Shown here piece after piece: positions 10,114-17,873 of a DNA stretch of 64,000 nt; position 1 is the stretch's first letter; each line of letters opens with the position of its first letter. Below the pieces are notes generated by a model. That model ran no database searches. It was not told the DNA's origin and saw nothing but the letters and a program-made list of their open reading frames with translations. The stretch is from Candidatus Latescibacterota bacterium (lineage in GTDB: Bacteria; Latescibacterota; UBA2968; UBA8231). Made by a program: the position numbers and the translations under genes. Location of the stretch: positions 1,344,001 through 1,408,000 of the forward strand of contig OZ242005.1 in assembly GCA_965204725.1 (NCBI GenBank), given 5' to 3'.

Positions 10114-10971
10114 ATGGCCGAGCCGGGCAAGTTTTCCGTCGTCAAACCTTTGGTCTATCTGGTGCTGTGCGGCTATCTGACGATTGTGGTCTATCCGATG
10201 CTGTGGCTTTTGTACACCTCCCTGAAGACGGACCGCGAGATTTTCCTCAACCCCTTCAGCTTGCCCGAGCTCGATGCCTTGCAGTGGATCAACTTTGCCA
10301 ACGCTTGGACTAAGGGGCACTTCGGCGACTATTTCTTCAACAGCGTCTTTCTAACAGTCGCGACCGTGGCGGTCTCCATGCTGCTGGCGGCGATGGCGGC
10401 CTACGCACTGGCGCGCTTTAGCTTCTTGGGCGTGCGGCCGATGTTTTTCTACTTCTTGGCTGGGCTGATGATCCCGTTGCAACTGTCGATTGTGCCGCTC
10501 TTTTTTCAGATGAAGGACTTTGGCTTGCTCAACTCGCGGCTGGGCATGCTGATGGTCTATGTGGCCTTTGGGATGCCGTTTGCCATCTTTATCCTCACCG
10601 GGTTTTTCAAGTCTTTGCCCGCTGGGTTGCACGAGTCGGCGCTAATAGATGGGGCCGGGGAGTTTCGGGCGTTTTGGTCGATTATGCTGCCGTTGGCGCG
10701 GCCCGGGCTTATTACGGTGGGCATCTTCGCCTTCTTGGGGACTTGGAACGAGTTTTTTATGGCCTTTATGTTCCTGTCTGGGGAGGGGTCGCAGGCGTTG
10801 CGCACCCTGCCGCTGGGATTGGCTAACATCACCATCGTCAGCCAGTATCGCAGCGATTGGGGCATGGCCTTTGCCGGATTGGTGCTGATCATGGCTCCGA
10901 CGATGCTGGTGTACGCTTTCTTGCAGCAATACCTGACGAAGGGGATTACTGTTGGGGCGCTCAAGGGGTAG
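10114..10971 (+). CDS. Carbohydrate ABC transporter permease (MalG-like)
   Basis: ATG at 10114. ESALIDGAGEF EAA motif, WNEF, ends ..GITVGALKG. Confidence 0.92.
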   Translation: MAEPGKFSVVKPLVYLVLCGYLTIVVYPMLWLLYTSLKTDREIFLNPFSLPELDALQWINFANAWTKGHFGDYFFNSVFLTVATVAVSMLLAAMAAYALARFSFLGVRPMFFYFLAGLMIPLQLSIVPLFFQMKDFGLLNSRLGMLMVYVAFGMPFAIFILTGFFKSLPAGLHESALIDGAGEFRAFWSIMLPLARPGLITVGIFAFLGTWNEFFMAFMFLSGEGSQALRTLPLGLANITIVSQYRSDWGMAFAGLVLIMAPTMLVYAFLQQYLTKGITVGALKG

Positions 10972-11031
10972 AGAGGGGGAGGCGGTAGGTGATGACGAAA
11001 ACGACGGCGCGACTAACGACGGTAAGCCCGT

Positions 11032-13107
11032 CTAGCGGCTGTAGCGCAGGCCAAAGAAAAAGCCCGGCCACGCGAAAAGCCCATCCTTCCATTCCCTCTC
11101 GTAGCGGCTACCCGACTCGATCAGCCGGAGATGGCTATCGGTCCACAACTGGTTCAAGGAGACGCCGCCAAACAGCGACAGATGGCGGTGCAAAAAGACC
11201 CCCGTCCCGAGTTTAATTCTGGCCAGATAGTTGTCCCTGTTCAAGCGGTCCAAGCCCAAATCCACCTTGAGCGGCCAAAGGTCAACACCTGCTTTGTAAT
11301 CATCGTTGAGGTCGCGGCTGATCCGGTAGATATGGGTATCGAGGCCGAGGAAAAACCGCTGGCCGCGCTTCTGCATCCCGCCCCCCAAGCCCAACGCCCA
11401 GCGCCGCTGCCCGCCCTCGTCGGCAAAGCCCGTGGTAAAAGAGGTGTAAAACGAGCGGCCGCCCGAGGCGAGGGTGAACATGGTAAAGCCGACTTCGTCG
11501 CGCCAAGTGCTGAAGTTGAAAAGCCCGCTGCGCGAGTAGTTGAGCAGCCCGATGGGCAGGCCGCCCTCGATATGGCCAGAAAGGTTGATCACGCCCACCT
11601 GCAAGCCCTTGACCTCGCTCGCCACGTTCAATACCCCGACCTGAACGCCCTTGACCTCGCCGGCAAAATTGGTCACGGCCACTTGCAAACCGCGGATTTT
11701 GCCGGCGATGTTGAGCAACCCTACTTGTCCACCTTGTAAAGGCCCTAGCCCCCAGCCGCGCACTTGAGAGGCAATGTTGAGAAATCCTACTTGCCCACCT
11801 TGTAAAGGCCCCAGCGCCCAGTTGACGCCCGTGACGGTCGCCTGCCAGCCGTTGACCTCTTTGAGCGCCAAGTTGCCCACCCCACTCATTTGGGTGCCCG
11901 TCCGCGCCCGCGCTTGGTTGACCAGCAAGGCGAGCTGGACGCCGCGGAACGCCGCGTCTTGGGTATTGGTCAGCAGCCCCAGCGACAGCGTGTAGCGCTC
12001 GCCGGCAACCTCGATTCGGCGGCCTAAGGTGATCCGCCGCCGTGAGCCGCCCCGTAGCCTAGCGTCCTCTGGGGACAGGACGCGAAAATCGCCGCCCCGC
12101 ACCTCGGCGAACTCGTCCTTAGTCAGGTCCAACTCAGCCACTTGCCAGCCCGCATCCCACGTTTGCAAAAACAGGGTATAGGCCCCCGGCACCAATCCCA
12201 ACTCGACCGCCCGCCCCGGGGATTTGTTCAGTTCGGCGACTAGACGCCGCTGGGCATTGCGGATGGCGATCTGGCCGGCGAGGCCCTCGTCTAGCAACAG
12301 GCCCGCTGCGTTGCGGCGCACCTCGGTCATCACCACGCCGCCGGTGCCGCGCATCTGGCCCTCGTAAGCTGGATGCTGAGTGCCTCCGGCCGTGCCAATA
12401 GTCCGCGCCCGCGTCTCGTCAAAGGCGAACTGGTAGGCCTCGTGGAGGGTCACTCGGCCATCGCCGGTAACGTCGGCCGCGCCGCGCATCCCGGAAATTA
12501 GATAGTGCGTAAAAAAGGACGCTTCGATCTGGTCCGATTCCTGCGCGGCCTCGTCGGCCGAGCTCGAAGTGAGGAAGGCGTACCCCCGCATGTCAAAGGA
12601 CTCGTCAACCAAAAAGGGCGGCTGGGGCTTGCCCCCTTTGATGCGGGTTATGGAGCCGGAGTTACAGGCATCGAGGACGGCGATGCGGACGGCGGCCTCG
12701 GTCGTCTTGAGCGAGTCGAGCAACTGCTGGTAGCCGAGGTGATCGCCCGCCAAAAGCAGGCCCTCTTCGTCGGCGTGTCCCGAGTAGTAAAGCAGTACCT
12801 CTAAGCGGCCTCCCCACCGACGGGCCGCCTGCACCCGCCGGCCTAGATCGGCCAGCCCCTGCTCAAAAGCGGCCAAGTCTGGGTCGCGCAACAGCACCAC
12901 ATCGGCCGGGTCCAAGCCCCCCATCTCCTGCAAGACCTCGACGAAGTGTTCCGCGTCCGAGACCGCGTAGCGCAACAACTCGCGATCCACCCCGCCGTTG
13001 TTGGCCCCGGCCGCCAGCACCAACCGGCGCATCTCGGCGGCGGCCGGCTGCAAAGACAGGCCCGCCACAACGACGAGCGCGATTAGCACACTCAGCCGCG
13101 ATAGCAT
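11032..13107 (-). CDS. Exported caspase-family (peptidase C14) protein with G-x-Q-x-G-x-x-N repeats and a probable outer-membrane C-terminal domain
   Basis: Signal peptide ending AAA. LRYAVSDA. Catalytic His in YYSGHA and Cys in LDACNSG. S.FTHYL..G.RGAAD. Repeats GVQLALLVN/GLQVGVIN. Ends FFGLRYSR. Confidence 0.88.
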   Translation of the reverse strand: MLSRLSVLIALVVVAGLSLQPAAAEMRRLVLAAGANNGGVDRELLRYAVSDAEHFVEVLQEMGGLDPADVVLLRDPDLAAFEQGLADLGRRVQAARRWGGRLEVLLYYSGHADEEGLLLAGDHLGYQQLLDSLKTTEAAVRIAVLDACNSGSITRIKGGKPQPPFLVDESFDMRGYAFLTSSSADEAAQESDQIEASFFTHYLISGMRGAADVTGDGRVTLHEAYQFAFDETRARTIGTAGGTQHPAYEGQMRGTGGVVMTEVRRNAAGLLLDEGLAGQIAIRNAQRRLVAELNKSPGRAVELGLVPGAYTLFLQTWDAGWQVAELDLTKDEFAEVRGGDFRVLSPEDARLRGGSRRRITLGRRIEVAGERYTLSLGLLTNTQDAAFRGVQLALLVNQARARTGTQMSGVGNLALKEVNGWQATVTGVNWALGPLQGGQVGFLNIASQVRGWGLGPLQGGQVGLLNIAGKIRGLQVAVTNFAGEVKGVQVGVLNVASEVKGLQVGVINLSGHIEGGLPIGLLNYSRSGLFNFSTWRDEVGFTMFTLASGGRSFYTSFTTGFADEGGQRRWALGLGGGMQKRGQRFFLGLDTHIYRISRDLNDDYKAGVDLWPLKVDLGLDRLNRDNYLARIKLGTGVFLHRHLSLFGGVSLNQLWTDSHLRLIESGSRYEREWKDGLFAWPGFFFGLRYSR
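11705..11821. repeat. Near-identical ~51-nt direct repeat (period 66 nt) inside the caspase repeat region
   Basis: gcgatgttgagcaaccctacttgtccaccttgtaaaggccctagcccccag (11705-11755) vs gcaatgttgagaaatcctacttgcccaccttgtaaaggccccagcgcccag (11771-11821). Confidence 0.85.
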
Positions 13108-13118
13108 GGATTGTAACT

Positions 13119-13691
13119 CTACCAGATGTCGCTGAGATTCAGTACAAATCCCGGCAAGGTGGGATCGGCCGATAGGGCCTTGAGGTTTTTTAGCACTTCA
13201 ACCGGGAGGTGCGGGCGGTAGATCGCTACGGTTTTTTGCTCTGGGACAATGAGCCAGCCCAGTTGAGTGCCGTTTTCAATGTATGCTGCCATTTTTGCTC
13301 GCAACGATAGCAGATCATCCGAGGGCGACTTGAGTTCGATGACAAACTCTGGACAAAGCGGCAAAAAGCGGTCCTTTTGCGCCTCGGTCAGGGCATCGTA
13401 CCGCCGCCGCGCAACCCACGCGCCATCCGGCGAGCGGACAGAGCGGTCGGGTAGCACAAATCCGCTCGAGGAATCAAAGGCCACGCCGGTGCCATCTCGT
13501 TTGGCCCACAAGCCCAACTGCACGGTAATTTCTGCATTCCGGGCACCCGTTGCTCCTCCCGTTGGGGGCATAATCAGTACTTCTCCCTTTGCATTGCGCT
13601 CAATGCGCATGTCGCGATTGAGCTGACAAAAGTCAAAAAACTGCTCTTCGGTTAGATCGATAACGGGCTGAAAGTTCAGTACGGCTTCCAT
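13119..13691 (-). CDS. Uma2 family (DUF820) putative endonuclease
   Basis: ATG at 13691 after GAGG. RIERNAKGE, FDSSSGF.LP, RSPDGAW, CPEFVIELKSPSD, GWLI.P, LPGFVL. Confidence 0.92.
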   Translation of the reverse strand: MEAVLNFQPVIDLTEEQFFDFCQLNRDMRIERNAKGEVLIMPPTGGATGARNAEITVQLGLWAKRDGTGVAFDSSSGFVLPDRSVRSPDGAWVARRRYDALTEAQKDRFLPLCPEFVIELKSPSDDLLSLRAKMAAYIENGTQLGWLIVPEQKTVAIYRPHLPVEVLKNLKALSADPTLPGFVLNLSDIW

Positions 13692-13714
13692 AGAGATACC
13701 TCGCCGGGTGTGCG

Positions 13715-14479
13715 CTAAGGGGCCTCTGGTTTGCGTAGGGTGAAGGCAAAAAGGTGGAGGTCGTCGGCCAACGCCACCTCGCCGGCGACCAGCTTGGCTC
13801 GGATCGGGGATAGACCAAAGGGGCGGTCGGCCGCCACCAAGTAAAACCGCTCCCACAGGGGCGCGTCGTCGAGTTCATAGGCCACGTCGAGGGTATCTTG
13901 CGCGGCCAACGGCACGGCTTGGGTCCCGGCTGCCGGCAGGTGCCACGTTGCAGCACCGCGCCCGTCAACGGACAGGATCGCCCCGTACTGCAAGCCACCG
14001 GAGCGGTAAGCGAGCTGCACCCAATCCCCGCGTTGGGCCAAGGCCCCGTCCGGCAAACGCTCCGCACCGCTGGCCAGCTTGCGAAAGACCATCAAGCGCG
14101 GCGTCCGCTCACCGCCCTTAACCCGCAGTGCGGGGGCTTGCGGGGGGTCTTGGTCAAAGAGAGTGGGCACCGCCACTACCGCCAGGATCAGGGCCACGGC
14201 CGGAACGGCCCAAAGGCGATACCCACTCCACGTCCGTTGGGCGCGCCGGCCCTGCGCCCGCTTGCGTTTTAGCTCGATCTGGCCGCGCATCCATTCGGGT
14301 GGGTAGCGCCTAAGCACTTCCTCGTTGGAACGCTCTAGGGCGGCTAGACGCTCCGCGAGCGCGGGGTCGGTCGCCAACTGGCGGTCCAAAGCCGCCAACT
14401 CGGCCTCCGTGCCCTCGCGCAGCAGGTAGCGCTCTAGCTGGTAGTCGCTTATGGGGCGCTGCTCTTCTTGCTGGTTCAT
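13715..14479 (-). CDS. Membrane-anchored putative anti-sigma factor with periplasmic domain
   Basis: N-terminal LERYLL.E..anti-sigma-like helices without the HxxxCxxC zinc motif. One TM helix (LWAVPAVALILAVVAVPTLF). Start overlaps the sigma stop (ATGA). Confidence 0.75.
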   Translation of the reverse strand: MNQQEEQRPISDYQLERYLLREGTEAELAALDRQLATDPALAERLAALERSNEEVLRRYPPEWMRGQIELKRKRAQGRRAQRTWSGYRLWAVPAVALILAVVAVPTLFDQDPPQAPALRVKGGERTPRLMVFRKLASGAERLPDGALAQRGDWVQLAYRSGGLQYGAILSVDGRGAATWHLPAAGTQAVPLAAQDTLDVAYELDDAPLWERFYLVAADRPFGLSPIRAKLVAGEVALADDLHLFAFTLRKPEAP

Positions 14480-14949
14480 GCTTGCTCCATCTCTTGCAGC
14501 GACGCTCTCAGGCCGAGCAATCGCTTGCGCACACCCGACACGGACAGCCCCACTTGCTTGGCTACCTCTTCTAAAGTCATGCCGTCCACGTAGTACAAGA
14601 CGGCCATCGTCCGCGTTGACTCGCGCTGCTGGCCAAAGAGCTTGGCGAGCACGGTGCGCGCCTCTATCCGGCCCTCGGCGTCCTCTGAGCAGGCTATCTG
14701 CTCCAGCAGCGTCGAGTCGGCCGTGGTCTTTCGCCGCTGGGTGTCGCGGATGCGATTGAGGCAGAGGTTGGTCGCTATGCGGTAGAGCAGGCTGGAGGGC
14801 GCGTCGGCCCGCAGGCGGTCGCGCCGCGTCAACAGCCGCACAAACACGTCCTGAGTGACGTCGAGTGCCTGATCTTCGTCGCGCAAAAGCTGCCGACAGC
14901 GACGCAAGACCATCGGTCCGTAGCGACGGTACAGGGTATCTACGTCCAT
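14476..14949 (-). CDS. ECF RNA polymerase sigma factor
   Basis: Region 2: LYRRYG..V.RRC, DVTQDVF, LYRIATNLCLN. Region 4: GMTLEEVA..VGLSVSGVRKRL. Confidence 0.93.
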   Translation of the reverse strand: MDVDTLYRRYGPMVLRRCRQLLRDEDQALDVTQDVFVRLLTRRDRLRADAPSSLLYRIATNLCLNRIRDTQRRKTTADSTLLEQIACSEDAEGRIEARTVLAKLFGQQRESTRTMAVLYYVDGMTLEEVAKQVGLSVSGVRKRLLGLRASLQEMEQA

Positions 14950-14971
14950 GTATTTCCTGGCGGTGTACTAC

Positions 14972-15008
14972 TTAAACACCAACGGCGGCGCAGGGTGTTA
15001 CTTTTTTT
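14972..15008 (-). promoter_or_regulatory. Putative autoregulatory ECF promoter
   Basis: Minus strand AAAAAAA-GTAAC-17 nt-GTGTTTA, about 25 nt upstream of the sigma ATG. Fits the ECF AAC..(C/T)GT pattern. Confidence 0.5.
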
Positions 15009-15061
15009 GCCGGGGCGTCCGTTCTGGCGATACTGCGCATAAAAATTCCCCAAGCCGCGCC

Positions 15062-16069
15062 CTATTTTTCCTCAAGGGCGGCGAGGAGCTCGGCGGCCTG
15101 CTGGCGCTTGGCGGGATCGTCATTGCGGGCGACGATGCGCTGGAGGGCCGAGACGGCGAGCGGATCGCCTTGCTCGCCCAGCGCCAAGGCTTGGCGGTCG
15201 CGTTCCTCGTGGTAGCTATCGTCGTAGTCAACCACGTCGAGTTCGCACTGACGCCAGTAGTACTGCAAGCGGTCGTCGGGCCACTCGGCGTAGATGGCCT
15301 CCCAAGTGTTGGGCTGGCTGTGGGGCAGCAGGCTGCCCGGGGCGATGGGGTCGGCAACGCGCTGGTAGCGGGCGTCGATGGACAGGCGCAGTCGTTCCCC
15401 GGTGTTGGGGACGCCGCGATGGGGCGTCATGCTGTGGAAGAAGAGCACATCCCCTTGCGCGAAGGGGCCGCCGGTCCAAGTCCCTGCAAACGTGTCGGTA
15501 ATCGCCAAGCCTCCAGCCCCTAGGGCCGGTTGGAACTTATAAACGCCCCCGCGATGCGCCCGAGCGGCCACCTCCAACCCTCCCATAGCCGGCGGCAGGT
15601 CGTGGAGTGGGAACCAAGCGGTATAGGTTTCGGCCGTGCCCTGAATGGGAATGAAGTCTTGATGCGGCGGCGTGGTAAAGGACTCGCGCTTGGGAAAGAT
15701 GACGCGGGCGATGAGGCGCGGATGGGGCAGCACCGGGCCGTCGAGCAGTTTTTCGAGGAGGCCGACGAGCGCGGGGTGGTGCTGCAAGGCGTGGAATTGC
15801 GGCAGCGCGTACAGCCGGCGATAGACCTCCATATACTCGGGCGTCGGCTCGACGCAGAAGCCGTCTTGGTCGGCGATGGCATCCGCAAGCGGCGCGGCGG
15901 CCTCAACCCAGCCGGCCGCGTGGACAATGGCTAAAAAGCGCAGCCTGAGTGCTTCGAGTTCGTCGGCGGGCAGCAGGCTGCGGACCAAAAGATAGCCGTC
16001 GCGCTCCATGCGGGCGCGGAGCGCGGACGGGTCGTCGATGAGAGGGGTTGAGTCGAGAAAGGTCGGCAT
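15062..16069 (-). CDS. Phytanoyl-CoA dioxygenase (PhyH) family Fe/2OG oxygenase
   Basis: DGYL, TPPHQD (HxD), TAWFPL, GDVLFFH..TPHRG, RLSID.RY. Confidence 0.88.
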   Translation of the reverse strand: MPTFLDSTPLIDDPSALRARMERDGYLLVRSLLPADELEALRLRFLAIVHAAGWVEAAAPLADAIADQDGFCVEPTPEYMEVYRRLYALPQFHALQHHPALVGLLEKLLDGPVLPHPRLIARVIFPKRESFTTPPHQDFIPIQGTAETYTAWFPLHDLPPAMGGLEVAARAHRGGVYKFQPALGAGGLAITDTFAGTWTGGPFAQGDVLFFHSMTPHRGVPNTGERLRLSIDARYQRVADPIAPGSLLPHSQPNTWEAIYAEWPDDRLQYYWRQCELDVVDYDDSYHEERDRQALALGEQGDPLAVSALQRIVARNDDPAKRQQAAELLAALEEK

Positions 16070-16102
16070 AAACAGGCTCCTAAGAGAGAAAAACAGGCCA
16101 CA

Positions 16103-17833
16103 CTAGGCGGTAAAAAACGCCACGACGGTCCAGCACAAAGCCGCCAAGCCCGCCGCAATCGACGCCTGCGGGATTTGCGTCTTGACGTGGTCCATCAGGT
16201 CGCAGCCTGTACACATGGAACTAAGCACGGTGGTATCCGAAATCGGCGAGCACTGGTCGCCGTACACGCTGCCGTCCATGACCGCGGCAAAACACAGCGT
16301 CATAAAAAGCTCTGGATGCGCTAGGCCATTGGAACCGGCCACCGCCCAAGCAAGCGGCATGGCCAATGGGAACGCCACCGCATAGGTGCCCCAACTCGTG
16401 CCCGTAGAAAAGGCGATGACCATGGTGAGAAGCTGAAGCAAGACCGGCAGGAGGAAATACGGAATGGCCTCGCCGAGCTGTTCGACTAAAAAGATGCTGC
16501 CGCCCGCCTCCTTGCTGATGCCGCCGATGGTGATGGCCAGCAGCAAAATAACCGAGCCGAGCACCACCCCCTTAATGCCGTCGTGAAAGCCGGCGATGAG
16601 GTCTTTCAGGGCCATGCCCTTGCCCAAGGCCATGCCCGCGGCCAACAAAAGCGCGATGCCAAAGGCCCACTGCACATTGGGCGATCCGCTCGTGATAAAG
16701 GTGCCGACCGCAATGGCGATGAGCGTCCCGAGCGGCAAGAAAAACTCGAGGACGTGCGGGGTGTAGCCTTCGGGCACGTTGCTCCCTTGCAGCTCCTTGG
16801 CGCTGAGGGGGTCGGCGTTGGGCGAGTCGAGCTGGCCGGTCGTGCGGGCGCGCTGAATCGCCGCCTTGAGTTGCGAACCCAAAAAGAGCGGTCTTTCAAT
16901 GCTGAGGAGGAACGTGCCCAAGACCGCAAAAATGGCGTAAAAACAAAAGGGCACGCTTTGAAAAAAGAAGGCAATGCGATCCGCTTCCGTGGCCAAGAAG
17001 CCGACGCCGGAGACGAAGATAAACGCCTGCACGTAGCCGGGCCAAGCGTTGAACGCGAGCTGAGAGGCAATCGGCGAGGCGGTCGAATCGACGACGTAGG
17101 CCAGCTCCTCGTGGCTGATTCTCTCGTTGTCGGCAATGGGTTTGACCGTGGTGCCGACCAGCACCGTGCTGACCGTCCCGCCCTGAAAGAAGACGACCCC
17201 GAGCATCCACGCGACCAACTTGGCGCTTCTGGGGCCGCGCACAAAGCGCTCGGTCATAAACTCGGCAAAGGCTTGGGCCGCGCCCGTGCGCGACCATATC
17301 CCCATCAGCCCGCCCAACAGCCACAAGTAGAGCAGCAGCACTCCGGCCGCGTTTTTAGTCGCCAAGGAGGGAATGAGCACCTCGCCGGTGAAGTCGTAGC
17401 GGGCCAAAAGGAGCGCACCGGAGATGATGCCGCCCAACAGGGAGGTGACCGGTTCTTTGGTCAGCCAACACAGCATCACGGCCACCACGGCCGGCAGCAG
17501 CGACCAATAGCTCCAGTGGTGCTTGGCCATCAGTTTGTAGTAGCGGTCCGTCATCGCCTGAGTGTCAAACTGTTTGACAAACTCTTCGCGGACCGACGGC
17601 TCAGTACTCGACCCGTGTATTTTGGCCGGGTTGAGCTCGGCTTGCTCTATGGGGACGGCCTCGAAATAGACGGGTTTTTCGCGGTAGATGTAGTACAGCT
17701 TGCCGTCGCTGTCCGCTTTCACGTCTAACTCGGCCTTCTCGACCGTCCAAGTGGGTGCCACGTTGGCCCCGACGATCCAAGACACGAGCATGGCGACGAC
17801 AAAAATGGCGAAGTTGCGAATGCCTTTGGGCAT
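16103..17833 (-). CDS. Na+/H+ antiporter NhaC-family transporter
   Basis: EELAYVVDSTASP, FSTGTSWGT, GDQCSPISDTTVLSS, DHVKTQ. Many TM helices. Confidence 0.85.
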   Translation of the reverse strand: MPKGIRNFAIFVVAMLVSWIVGANVAPTWTVEKAELDVKADSDGKLYYIYREKPVYFEAVPIEQAELNPAKIHGSSTEPSVREEFVKQFDTQAMTDRYYKLMAKHHWSYWSLLPAVVAVMLCWLTKEPVTSLLGGIISGALLLARYDFTGEVLIPSLATKNAAGVLLLYLWLLGGLMGIWSRTGAAQAFAEFMTERFVRGPRSAKLVAWMLGVVFFQGGTVSTVLVGTTVKPIADNERISHEELAYVVDSTASPIASQLAFNAWPGYVQAFIFVSGVGFLATEADRIAFFFQSVPFCFYAIFAVLGTFLLSIERPLFLGSQLKAAIQRARTTGQLDSPNADPLSAKELQGSNVPEGYTPHVLEFFLPLGTLIAIAVGTFITSGSPNVQWAFGIALLLAAGMALGKGMALKDLIAGFHDGIKGVVLGSVILLLAITIGGISKEAGGSIFLVEQLGEAIPYFLLPVLLQLLTMVIAFSTGTSWGTYAVAFPLAMPLAWAVAGSNGLAHPELFMTLCFAAVMDGSVYGDQCSPISDTTVLSSMCTGCDLMDHVKTQIPQASIAAGLAALCWTVVAFFTA

Positions 17834-17873
17834 GAGAGTCCTTTCGATTGGATGGAGTGAGGGGGTTATCGGC

